DNA of 19,006 nucleotides, taken from NCBI GenBank assembly GCA_964248365.1, contig CAXTYC010000058.1:1-19006 (forward strand). The letters are read 5' to 3'. The notes under the pieces are model-generated. The model was not told where the DNA came from. It did no database searches and worked only from the letters and a program-made list of their open reading frames with translations. This DNA comes from an uncultured Chroococcidiopsis sp. (GTDB taxonomy: Bacteria; Cyanobacteriota; Cyanobacteriia; Cyanobacteriales; Chroococcidiopsidaceae). A program made the translations under genes and the position numbers. Of this stretch, positions 9,301 to 16,636 are shown piece after piece. The first letter of the stretch is position 1. Every line of letters starts with the position of its first letter.

Positions 9301-10350
9301 TGGTTGCGTTTACTGGGAGCTAAAATCGGGGCGAGGTCGGAAGTCTCTACCGTATCGCACATCGACCCTGGACTGCTGAGATTGGGGACCGAAAGTTTTG
9401 TTGCCGACTTTGCGACGATTGGTGCGGCAAGATATGACAACTCTTTCGTGGCGCTGGGCGCTACATCGCTTGGCAACCGCTGCTTCATTGGTAATGCAGC
9501 CTTGGTTCCGAGCAATACGCAACTAGGCGACAATAGCCTAATTGGTGTGCATTCGGTGCCACCAAGGGAACCTGTTAAACCTGGTACTTCCTGGCTTGGT
9601 TCACCACCTATCTTTCTGCCGCGCCGCCAAATAAATACTAGCTTCGACGATAGCTTTACCTTCCGACCTCCAGCGAAGCTAGTTGCTTGCCGTCTAGGGA
9701 TGGAGTTTTTGCGGGTTGTGCTGCCACCCAGTCTCATGTACTTGATGATCGCCGGAGATCTTCTAGAGATGCTGTGGCTTGCTCCCAGACTTTCAACGGC
9801 AATGCTCGTAGCGATCGCGCCAATACTATACTTTATTTCCGCCCTGGTCGTGACTTTATTAGTTGTGGCGTTAAAATGGCTCGTGGTCGGGCGCTATCGT
9901 CCTCGGATTGAGCCGCTTTGGTCTTTCTTTGTCTGGCGTAGCGAACTGATTACTGGACTATACGAAAGTGTAGCAGTGCCGTTGTTGCTGACGTGGTTCA
10001 CTGGCACACCACTGCTACCCGTGATGTTGCGCTGGTTCGGTGTCCGAATCGGTCGGCGGGTCTATATAGAAACGACATTCGTGACTGAATTCGACTTGGT
10101 TCGCGTCGAGAACGATGCCGCTATTGGCATATTAACATCGCTTCAGACCCATTTGTTTGAAGACCGAGTGATGAAAATGTCGAGGGTAACTATCGGTCGG
10201 GGTTGTACCGTTGGAGCGCGATCGGTGGTGTTGTACGATTCGGTAATGGAGGCAGGATCTCGTCTTGATGCACTGTCGCTGGTGATGAAGGGCGAAAAGT
10301 TGCCGCCCAATAGCCACTGGCGAGGCATCCCAGCGCGTTTGGTTGAATAA
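6352..10350 (+). CDS. Pls/PosA-family single-module non-ribosomal peptide synthetase (A-T-membrane terminal domain), 1332 aa
   Basis: A-domain motifs YTSGSTGRPKG, FDFS, NTYGPTE, YRTGD, QVKIRGYRIELSEIE and PSGKVDR. T domain LGGHSL (Ser codon 8059-8061). No C or TE domain. The C-terminal half has three repeats of transmembrane helices plus KW..G.(F/Y)RP-type motifs and hexapeptide LbH stretches, as in epsilon-poly-L-lysine synthetase. Confidence 0.93.
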   Translation: MQIKDRKSGKQQFPKIIDALTTGVDILEKPPQRLHYFFEQRCDRNPNAIALVCENEYLSYAQLDAQANQLANYLVSQGIKPGSKVGILLERSVNTYVALLGVLKSGAAFVPLDTSFPQDRITYIASDAGLDLLVTRANLDSLTSRVSCQVLALDTALAIATQSAERIALGDNLDALAYIIYTSGSTGRPKGVAVNHSSICNFIAVCTPIYGVSSRDRVYQGMTIAFDFSIEEIWPTFKVGATLIVGPTDHRRLGAGLTDFLVEQSITVLYCVPTLLATVERDVPTIQILLVGGEACPHDLVKRWSKPGRRILNTYGPTETTVSALWTELVPDKPVTIGRPLPTYSAYILDEARCQVPSGETGEICISGIGVACGYVNLPELTATKFVPDPFAPNGGVMYRTGDLGRITPSGEIEYLGRIDSQVKIRGYRIELSEIEAVLMESPEVNNAVVSLVSIDEAVGELAAYITLSVPTTDSEELKQQLHEILRDRLPSYQVPAYIQILDRFPMMPSGKVDRSKLPVPQKRLSTRSGAVLPPNTLLERSLAAAWQDAFKRDDISAEDNFFRELGGHSLLAARVISHLRENPNLKHLSIADLYSYPTIRTLASHIEQTATPNESPQVLEAQPKRRIRRYSSLRVGAMGAMQVLLLYFLFAIVGAPIAWIMSELRSLPLLTLTLVSVTLLPITWLLFSLGLPIAAKWLLIGRFRPGRYPLWGWYYCRWWLVRKILTLAPLPYFAGSPLMPLYFRLLGGRASQECYIGSAQLHLPDLIEIGDGASIGYGVEIQPFLIEDGWLYQAPIQIGANAFIGTNSVIELGGKVGWGARLLEQSLVARDQAIPERETWAGVPSKRTANADAVLDAMAEKKTPKSSWSPALWVGFALGFVLLEALPFFMFLPGLALLGIDYVDFNDDLLWVLAGTPVAGLLFVLSACILVAVGKWLVMPTSRTGIFPLRSRFGLRKWLVDKLMLTSLTVTNTLYATLYTLPWLRLLGAKIGARSEVSTVSHIDPGLLRLGTESFVADFATIGAARYDNSFVALGATSLGNRCFIGNAALVPSNTQLGDNSLIGVHSVPPREPVKPGTSWLGSPPIFLPRRQINTSFDDSFTFRPPAKLVACRLGMEFLRVVLPPSLMYLMIAGDLLEMLWLAPRLSTAMLVAIAPILYFISALVVTLLVVALKWLVVGRYRPRIEPLWSFFVWRSELITGLYESVAVPLLLTWFTGTPLLPVMLRWFGVRIGRRVYIETTFVTEFDLVRVENDAAIGILTSLQTHLFEDRVMKMSRVTIGRGCTVGARSVVLYDSVMEAGSRLDALSLVMKGEKLPPNSHWRGIPARLVE

Positions 10351-10476
10351 TAATATTGTCCTGAGCGATCGCCAATATCTGCGTAACTTTAGCGATCGCA
10401 CCAATGCCCCTTGTCGCGTTGGTATTCTCCACATCTTGCATCAGTATCTAAATAGATCTTTTCAAGAAATTAAAAG

Positions 10477-11199
10477 ATGAAACTTATAACAGTAATTAAT
10501 TTCTTGGTGATACTTCTGGTTTTATTGCCGATATCTCAGGTTCAGGCATCCTCAAATCAGTATGCACTAATATATAAGGGACCTGGAAGCTGCCCAGGAT
10601 GTCCTGAAGCTGCGGCAAGAATTGCAGCCAGACTTCAATTGCCAATCCGATACATTGAACCTGGTAGTTTGACTACAAAAACTTTTTCAAATGCGGCTGT
10701 TTATATTCAAGCTGGCGGCGATGATAGTCTTGACATTAAGAAAGCTTTATCTGCTGAAGAAATATCGGCATTGAAAAATTATGTGAAAACAGGTGGACGC
10801 TATTGGGGTCTTTGTGCGGGTGCCTATTTTGCTGGTGAAACCCTAGATGATGAAGGCAAAGTTGAGGGACTTAGTATTATACCAGGAGATGCCGAACCAT
10901 ATACGCGATCGCATAAGCCTCGCGTAGAATTAGTGACATGGCAAGGTCAAAAAAGACAAATGTATCTCCAAGACGCTCCTCGGTTCCGCCTCCAGGCAGA
11001 CGCTAAAGTAATTCCAATTGCTTACTATAACAATGGTTCAATTGCAGCTTTCATTTCTGATTATGGTAAAGGCAAAGTAGCGGTTTGTGGTCCTCACCCT
11101 GAAGCTGATTATGCATGGTTTGACAAGGATGGACTTTCTCGCCCTGCTGCTCTTAGCCAAGATCTGGCGGTCGAAATGTTACGCGAACTGCTGCGGTAA
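10477..11199 (+). CDS. Secreted BPL_N / class I glutamine amidotransferase-fold protein (240 aa)
   Basis: N-terminal signal peptide (MKLITVINFLVILLVLLPISQVQA), QAGGDD oxyanion-like strand, nucleophile elbow GLCAGAY (Cys 10813-10815), GPHPE His-Glu (11095-11103) and a CPGC motif. Confidence 0.85.
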   Translation: MKLITVINFLVILLVLLPISQVQASSNQYALIYKGPGSCPGCPEAAARIAARLQLPIRYIEPGSLTTKTFSNAAVYIQAGGDDSLDIKKALSAEEISALKNYVKTGGRYWGLCAGAYFAGETLDDEGKVEGLSIIPGDAEPYTRSHKPRVELVTWQGQKRQMYLQDAPRFRLQADAKVIPIAYYNNGSIAAFISDYGKGKVAVCGPHPEADYAWFDKDGLSRPAALSQDLAVEMLRELLR

Positions 11200-11214
11200 A
11201 TACTAAAAAATTTT

Positions 11215-12128
11215 GGTCGTGCAGGGCGCAAGCGTAGGACTGCTAGACTGAAGCATTGTGTAGTCGATCACTAGCAGAACAATGAAATGTCCCCTGTGCG
11301 GTCATGAAAAACCACATAAGCATGGCTTGACGAGTAAAGGGAGCCAACGCTACTTCTGTAGCAAATGTACACAAACCTTCACTGATACCTTTGATACGCT
11401 GTATTACCGACGGCAAGTGAGCGAGGAAGATGTGCGGATTGTACTGCAATCCCATGAGTCTCGGCAGCCGTTTACGAAGCATTAGTCGGATCAGCGGTTT
11501 AGCCTATGATACAGTTGTCAGCATCGTGCAAGCAGCGGCTCAGAAAGCGCAAATGGTACACAATAGCCAGGTAAAAAATGTCGATACAGATGCCATTGCA
11601 GCAGATGAGTTGTGGTCATTTGTAGAAAAAAACAAAAACACTGCTTACCCCAAGAGCTAGAAGCTGGAGATTGTTGGATAGCCGTAAGTTTGGCACAGCC
11701 CTTGTGGTCTGCTCCTATGTGGTCGTATAGGCAAGCATACCGACGAGTTAGCTCAGGAATTGGTAACTAGTACCCAAGGCAAGACTAGCTGTAAGGAATG
11801 GCACACCGATGGCTGGAGCGGATACTCGCTGTGCGCTTTGTAATGATGAGATAGAGCACTATATTAGCAAAACTTTGACACAACGTGTAGAGCCAACCAA
11901 CGGTATTGTGCGTCAACAGACTGGGCGCTGGCATCGACAACAAAATAAATTCAGCAAGTTATGGGGGCGTGCCTGAGCTAATTATGCGGTTAGTGGTAAG
12001 CTACTTCAACTGGATCTGGCGGCATTCCTGCTTAGGGACTATAGCGGCGTGGGCGTGCACAATTAACTCAAAGACCTTGGACTTGGAACGACATCGCTAC
12101 CTATCCCACGCTTTTGTATGGCACGACC
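11215..12128 (+). mobile_element. IS1-family insertion sequence, 914 bp, degenerate
   Basis: Terminal inverted repeats GGTCGTGCAGGGCGCAAGCGTAGGA and (reverse complement) GGTCGTGCCATACAAAAGCGTGGGA match at 18/25 and enclose an InsA/InsB-type coding region. No clean target-site duplication. Confidence 0.9.
11282..12120 (+). pseudogene. IS1-family transposase (InsA/InsB-type) with disabling frameshifts
   Basis: Zinc ribbon CPLC...CSKC, HTH SLRSISRISG, DELWSFV, A7C slippery site at 11626-11633, then TDGW and QRVEPTNGIVRQQTGRWHR. Extra frameshifts near 11460, 11700 and 11830. End coordinate approximate. Confidence 0.85.
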
Positions 12129-12226
12129 AAATACTTTCCAATCGGTTCAATGGGCAAATAGTCATCGCCTAGTACCATCCAGATCTGCTGATGGGAATCT
12201 GGGAGGAGTCCCTTTTGCACTTTCAT
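12129..12226 (-). pseudogene. 5' stump of a Tn554 TnpA-like tyrosine recombinase gene, truncated by the IS1
   Basis: GGAGAG then ATG at 12226 reads MKVQKGLLPDSHQQIWMVLGDDYLPIEPIGKYL, which I recognise as the N-terminus of cyanobacterial Tn554-type integrases (W.VL.DDYLPIEPI..YL). It ends at the IS1 right end. Confidence 0.75.
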
Positions 12227-12395
12227 GGCTGGCTCTCTCCAATAACGCTATTAACATTATAGAGTTAAAATAATAAATTATTAAACAGTTTACATATCGT
12301 TGCTAAAAAGGTTCGTCTGAGCTACGCTGTTGTTGTTGTTGTTATTTATAATTTAATAAGACTTATAATGAGGCAATAAATATTAGAAATGTACG

Positions 12396-12412
12396 CTTCG
12401 GCGTTGCCGAAG
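12396..12412. repeat. Small GC-rich hairpin resembling cyanobacterial short dispersed repeats
   Basis: CTTCGGC-GTT-GCCGAAG: a perfect 7 bp stem in AT-rich surroundings. Confidence 0.45.
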
Positions 12413-12473
12413 GCTAGGTCTGCGAATTTTAGCTTTAAGAACTAGCGCTTCTGCCCTTGGAGGGAATGTAAGA

Positions 12474-12590
12474 CCCTGGGTTTTCCGTCTTAAAAAGTAG
12501 AGGCAACCCTGTTTTAAAGATCCCCACTATGTACGAGAAATACTGATGATGAGGGTTGCCTCTATTTTTTAGGGTTCCATCGGATTCCCA
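12474..12590 (-). repeat. Short (117 bp) copy of the structured element whose long nested form is 3837-4387, in opposite orientation
   Basis: The reverse complement of 12564-12590 matches 3837-3863 at 24/27. 12474-12496 matches the reverse complement of 4365-4387 at 22/23. Internal inverted repeat 12491-12510/12552-12571 at 19/20. Confidence 0.9.
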
Positions 12591-12796
12591 AGTTTTCAGG
12601 ACGTAAAAAATCTATGAAAACAGAGGCAATCCCCCGTGATTGGGAACCCTACACTGACCTGAGTGTGAGCGTGTAGGTAGTTCACAAGGCTACAACGACC
12701 CAATGGCATCACAGCTGCAACAGAAAATTGTCTCTCCTCCCCAGTGGTCAATACATAAAACGGCATATTCACACGAACTTGACTTTAAAAAGACAT

Positions 12797-14245
12797 TCAG
12801 ACTCGGCGACTATGGTCATGACTGAGCGCCTTGACTAGCTTTCTCGCCACGATCGCGCCCACAACGATACCGCCCACAATTTCAACTACTTTGACTGCTT
12901 GCTTCAAACCATCGGAGTGATGCTGCTCAAAAATTTCATCTTTCAGCCACTCGGTTGTGGCTTTAAAGTTGTGCAGCGGTGTGGGCAGTAATTCTAAATA
13001 AGTACCCTGCCGAATTAAGTGACCTGCCTCGCCGCCTATTTCAATGGTGTTGAAAATGTTGGCAACGCTTTCCTCTAGCCCCAGCTTGAGCAAAGTGCCG
13101 CGCAAATTGACTTTGGCAGGTTCCAAGTCGTAGCCCAAAGCCATCAGTCGGAGATTGCGGGCGATCGCGTAACCCTGCTGGTAGGCAACTTGCGCCGTGG
13201 GCGGTAGCGGCTTCAGGTCTGGATGCTGTTCTTCGCTGCTGGTAGTCTGGTCGTGCTGATGCTGCGGCTGTTCGTAGCTATCGTGTTGGATCGGCGTGGC
13301 TTGCAAATCAACGGCGCAGTCTCCGCCCGCGAATACTTCGGGAAAGTCTGGCAGTTGTAGTGTGGGAGTCACATTCAACCGCCCGTGCTTGTCGCGGTGT
13401 TCGTCGGGAATCGGCAGGGATTTAATCAACGGATGGGTATTAGTTCCGGCAGTCCAGATGATCGTGCCTGCGTTCAATGTGCTAGATTGCCCGTCGCGCT
13501 CGTACTTGATCGCGCTGGGACGAATTGCCGTCACTTTCGCGCCAATTAACAGTTCGGCGGGAACTGCTCGTTTTTGCAGCGCTTGTTCTGCCGTTTCGCG
13601 CAGGCGACTGTTGACATCGCCTTGCAGAATTTCTGCGTGATTGACTAGCACCACGCGCACCTCATCGCGCTTACCGCCCATCGCTTCGTACCACTGCGGC
13701 ACTAGATCGGCGAGCGTTGCTGTCATTTCCACGCCCGAAGGCCCGCCACCAACGACTACGGTAGTTAGCAATTGCCGTCGCTGTTCTGGATCTTTTAGCC
13801 CAATGGCGCGGTTAAGGCAGTCGCGCAGATGATGATCGATAGCGATCGCGTCTTGCTGGGTGCGAAATGGCAAAGCGTTTTCCTGTGCGCCCTCAACGTT
13901 AAAGTAGCCCGTAACACTGCCCAACCCTAAGACTAAATTGCTGTACGAATAGCGATCGCCGGATGCAAGTTGAATTTGTTTTTGATGCAAATCGATCGCC
14001 TGTACCGTATCTTGCACAAAGATGACACCGCTATGATTTAGCAGTTCATCGAACCTGGGAACAACCTGATTTGGTTCCATCTCGCCGCTGAAGTATTCAT
14101 ATAGTAGCGGTTTGAAGCAGAAGCGTTCGTTTTGGTCGATCAGGATCACCGAGCGAGGATAGTGTTCATGGCTCAGATGCAGAGCAGTGAACAGCCCAGT
14201 AAATCCACCCCCTACAATTACAGTTTGATAAACAGGATTGGTCAT
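12797..14245 (-). CDS. Type II NAD(P)H:quinone oxidoreductase (NDH-2 family), 482 aa
   Basis: Two Rossmann motifs (IVGGGFTG, VVGGGPSGVE), FKPLLYE, IWTAG, VFAGGDCA, the quinone-site motif AQVAYQ and a C-terminal hydrophobic helix. Confidence 0.9.
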   Translation of the reverse strand: MTNPVYQTVIVGGGFTGLFTALHLSHEHYPRSVILIDQNERFCFKPLLYEYFSGEMEPNQVVPRFDELLNHSGVIFVQDTVQAIDLHQKQIQLASGDRYSYSNLVLGLGSVTGYFNVEGAQENALPFRTQQDAIAIDHHLRDCLNRAIGLKDPEQRRQLLTTVVVGGGPSGVEMTATLADLVPQWYEAMGGKRDEVRVVLVNHAEILQGDVNSRLRETAEQALQKRAVPAELLIGAKVTAIRPSAIKYERDGQSSTLNAGTIIWTAGTNTHPLIKSLPIPDEHRDKHGRLNVTPTLQLPDFPEVFAGGDCAVDLQATPIQHDSYEQPQHQHDQTTSSEEQHPDLKPLPPTAQVAYQQGYAIARNLRLMALGYDLEPAKVNLRGTLLKLGLEESVANIFNTIEIGGEAGHLIRQGTYLELLPTPLHNFKATTEWLKDEIFEQHHSDGLKQAVKVVEIVGGIVVGAIVARKLVKALSHDHSRRV

Positions 14246-14270
14246 AACACGATTACAAGATAAATGAAGG

Positions 14271-14942
14271 TTAGGGTTGCCAGAGGTATAGCAGTGAAAA
14301 TAAAATCAGCCAAATTACATCGACAAAGTGCCAAAATAGCGATGTAGCGCTGACACCGAAATGAGTTCGGTTGTAGTTGCCAGGAATAAAGGAACGTCCA
14401 AACATCAGCAGTTGCAGCACAATTCCCGCCAGCACGTGTAGTCCGTGAAAGCCCGTGAGCAGATAAAACGTTGCGCCAAACAGTCCTGTCGTGAGCTTGA
14501 AGGGGAGACCTCGCCATTCGAGCGCCTGCCCAATCAGAAAATACGTTCCCATCAACGATGTGAGCAGCCACAGCAATCGAAACGTACCAAGCTTGTTTCG
14601 CTTTAACGCCCGTTCTGCAAAATAAATCACGAAACTGCTCGATACCAAGACAGCCGTATTAATTGCAGGTTTCGCCACTTCTAACCCTTTAATCCCAGGT
14701 GGAAGCCAGTGAGGAGTAGTTAACCGCAGCGCAAAATACGCCAGGAAAAAGCTCGCAAACACCATGCTTTCGGAGAGCAGAAAGACGGTGAAGCCAAACA
14801 AGCCCTTGCCATGATGATCGTGGGCATCGCCGCCACCGAGCGGCAAATATCGTTTCAGCCAGGTGGGGAGGCGACCATGCAGTAGGTCGAACCGGACGGG
14901 GCTTTCATCAATGTGACGGGTCGGTGGCGCGGAATTTGTCAT
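14271..14942 (-). CDS. ctaE: Heme-copper oxidase subunit III (ARTO type)
   Basis: GFTVFLLSESMVF, NTAVLVSSSF, FYLLTGFHGLHV, FWHFVDVIW. Confidence 0.93.
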   Translation of the reverse strand: MTNSAPPTRHIDESPVRFDLLHGRLPTWLKRYLPLGGGDAHDHHGKGLFGFTVFLLSESMVFASFFLAYFALRLTTPHWLPPGIKGLEVAKPAINTAVLVSSSFVIYFAERALKRNKLGTFRLLWLLTSLMGTYFLIGQALEWRGLPFKLTTGLFGATFYLLTGFHGLHVLAGIVLQLLMFGRSFIPGNYNRTHFGVSATSLFWHFVDVIWLILFSLLYLWQP

Positions 14943-14954
14943 AGATTCGGTAAT

Positions 14955-16622
14955 TTATTCTTGAGCCGAGGCTTCTATGGTTCGCTGTCCCGCTTTGTCG
15001 TAATTGTAAGGCGGTTCAGTCACAAAGGGAATTTCCTCGAAATTCTCTACGGGCGGTGGTGAAGTAGTTGTCCACTCCAATCCTGTTGCGTGCCAGGGAT
15101 TATTTCCGGCAGGTCTACCCAAGAAGCAGGAGGCAATAATATTGACGATAAACGGCAGCGTAGACACGCCTAATAGAAACGCGCCCCCACTGGCAATAAT
15201 GTTCCACCCTTGATATTGGGGGTCGTAGGAAGAGATGCGCCGCACCATGCCCTGCAAGCCCAGCGGATGCATCGGGAAAAACGTGAGATTTGCACCCATA
15301 AACGTGAGCCAGAAATGCAGTTTTCCCCAGCCTTCGGCGTACAGGCGACCAGTCACCTTCGGAAACCAGAAATAAACGGCGGCGAAGATCGCCATCGTAA
15401 TCGTGTTGTAGACAACGTAATGAAAATGCCCGACAACGAAATAGGTATTATTGACGTGCAAATCAAAGGGAACAGATGCCAACATAACTCCGGTGATGCC
15501 TGCAAACAAAAACGAGATCACACCGCTAAGCGCAAATAACATGGGAGTGTCTAAGTGTAATCTGCCGTTCCAAACCGTAGCAGTCCAAGCAAATTCCTTG
15601 ATCCCAGTGAATACAGCAATCAGCATTGACGTAATCATGAACACTAGCCGCATCCAGCTTGGAGTTCCACTGGCAAACATATGATGCACCCACACTATAA
15701 TGCTGACGAACGCGATGCCAAATGAAGCGATCGCCACCGTCCGATAGCCAAATAGCGGATTGCGCGAGAATGCAGGCAGAATCTCTGAGAAAATGCCAAA
15801 CGCAGGCAGCGCCATCACATACACGGCAGGATGCGAATAAAACCAAAACAAATGCTGATAGAGAATTGGGCTACCGTCTTTGAATGCGTTGAAGATATTC
15901 GTACCCAACGCCAGATCGAAGAACAGCAGAATCAGTCCGCCCGTCAGCGCTGGGAGACAAAATAGCTGCAAAAGTTGAGCGCTTAGTACCGTCCAAACAA
16001 ATAGCGGCATCCGAAAAAACGTCATTCCTGGCGCTCGCATCCAGACGATCGTTGTCACAAAATTGACGCCGCCCATGATCGAAGAAATTCCAATCAGCAC
16101 GGCGCTGACAATCCAGATGAATTCCCCGTTAATCAAGTGTCCAGACGGATTTTGAATACTCACGGGCGGATACGACCACCAACCTGCTTGCGCCGTTCCA
16201 CTGGGCAGAAAAAAGCTGGACAGTAGCAGAATTCCCGCAGGTGGAATGATCCAAAAGGCGATCGCATTCAGAACGGGAAACGCCATGTCCCGTGCGCCAA
16301 TCATGAGAGGAACTAAATAGTTCGCCAATCCTGCCAAACACGGAATGATCCACAAAAAGATCATCATTGTACCATGAATGGTCATTAACCCGTTGTAAAC
16401 TGGGCGATCGACAACATTCAACTGTGGCGTAATTAGCTCGGCTCGAATCAGCATTGCCAGCAGACCCGCAATCAGAAAGAAAACGAACGTCGTGAGGATA
16501 TACTGAATACCGATGACTTTGTGATCGGTGCTGAAGCTCAGATAGCGCCGCCAGCCTGTTTGCGATTGGGTGTGCGAGATTCCTCCATTGTCAGCAATGC
16601 CGTTGGGCGGGTGATATGTCAT
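14955..16622 (-). CDS. ctaD: Heme-copper oxidase subunit I (A2-type YSHPxVY, ARTO type)
   Basis: DHKVIG and all six metal-ligand His are present (TIHGT, YSHPAVY, VWVHHMF, GHFHY), plus GARDMAFP.LN and GMVRR. Confidence 0.95.
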   Translation of the reverse strand: MTYHPPNGIADNGGISHTQSQTGWRRYLSFSTDHKVIGIQYILTTFVFFLIAGLLAMLIRAELITPQLNVVDRPVYNGLMTIHGTMMIFLWIIPCLAGLANYLVPLMIGARDMAFPVLNAIAFWIIPPAGILLLSSFFLPSGTAQAGWWSYPPVSIQNPSGHLINGEFIWIVSAVLIGISSIMGGVNFVTTIVWMRAPGMTFFRMPLFVWTVLSAQLLQLFCLPALTGGLILLFFDLALGTNIFNAFKDGSPILYQHLFWFYSHPAVYVMALPAFGIFSEILPAFSRNPLFGYRTVAIASFGIAFVSIIVWVHHMFASGTPSWMRLVFMITSMLIAVFTGIKEFAWTATVWNGRLHLDTPMLFALSGVISFLFAGITGVMLASVPFDLHVNNTYFVVGHFHYVVYNTITMAIFAAVYFWFPKVTGRLYAEGWGKLHFWLTFMGANLTFFPMHPLGLQGMVRRISSYDPQYQGWNIIASGGAFLLGVSTLPFIVNIIASCFLGRPAGNNPWHATGLEWTTTSPPPVENFEEIPFVTEPPYNYDKAGQRTIEASAQE

Positions 16623-16636
16623 TGATGATCGTCCTG

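Noticed and set aside
10365..10399. Two close HIP1 sites after the NRPS stop as a terminator
   Set aside because: HIP1 is frequent here and there is no U-tract.
11906..12172. 88 aa ORF
   Set aside because: A by-product of the frameshifted IS1 transposase 3' end reading through the IS boundary.
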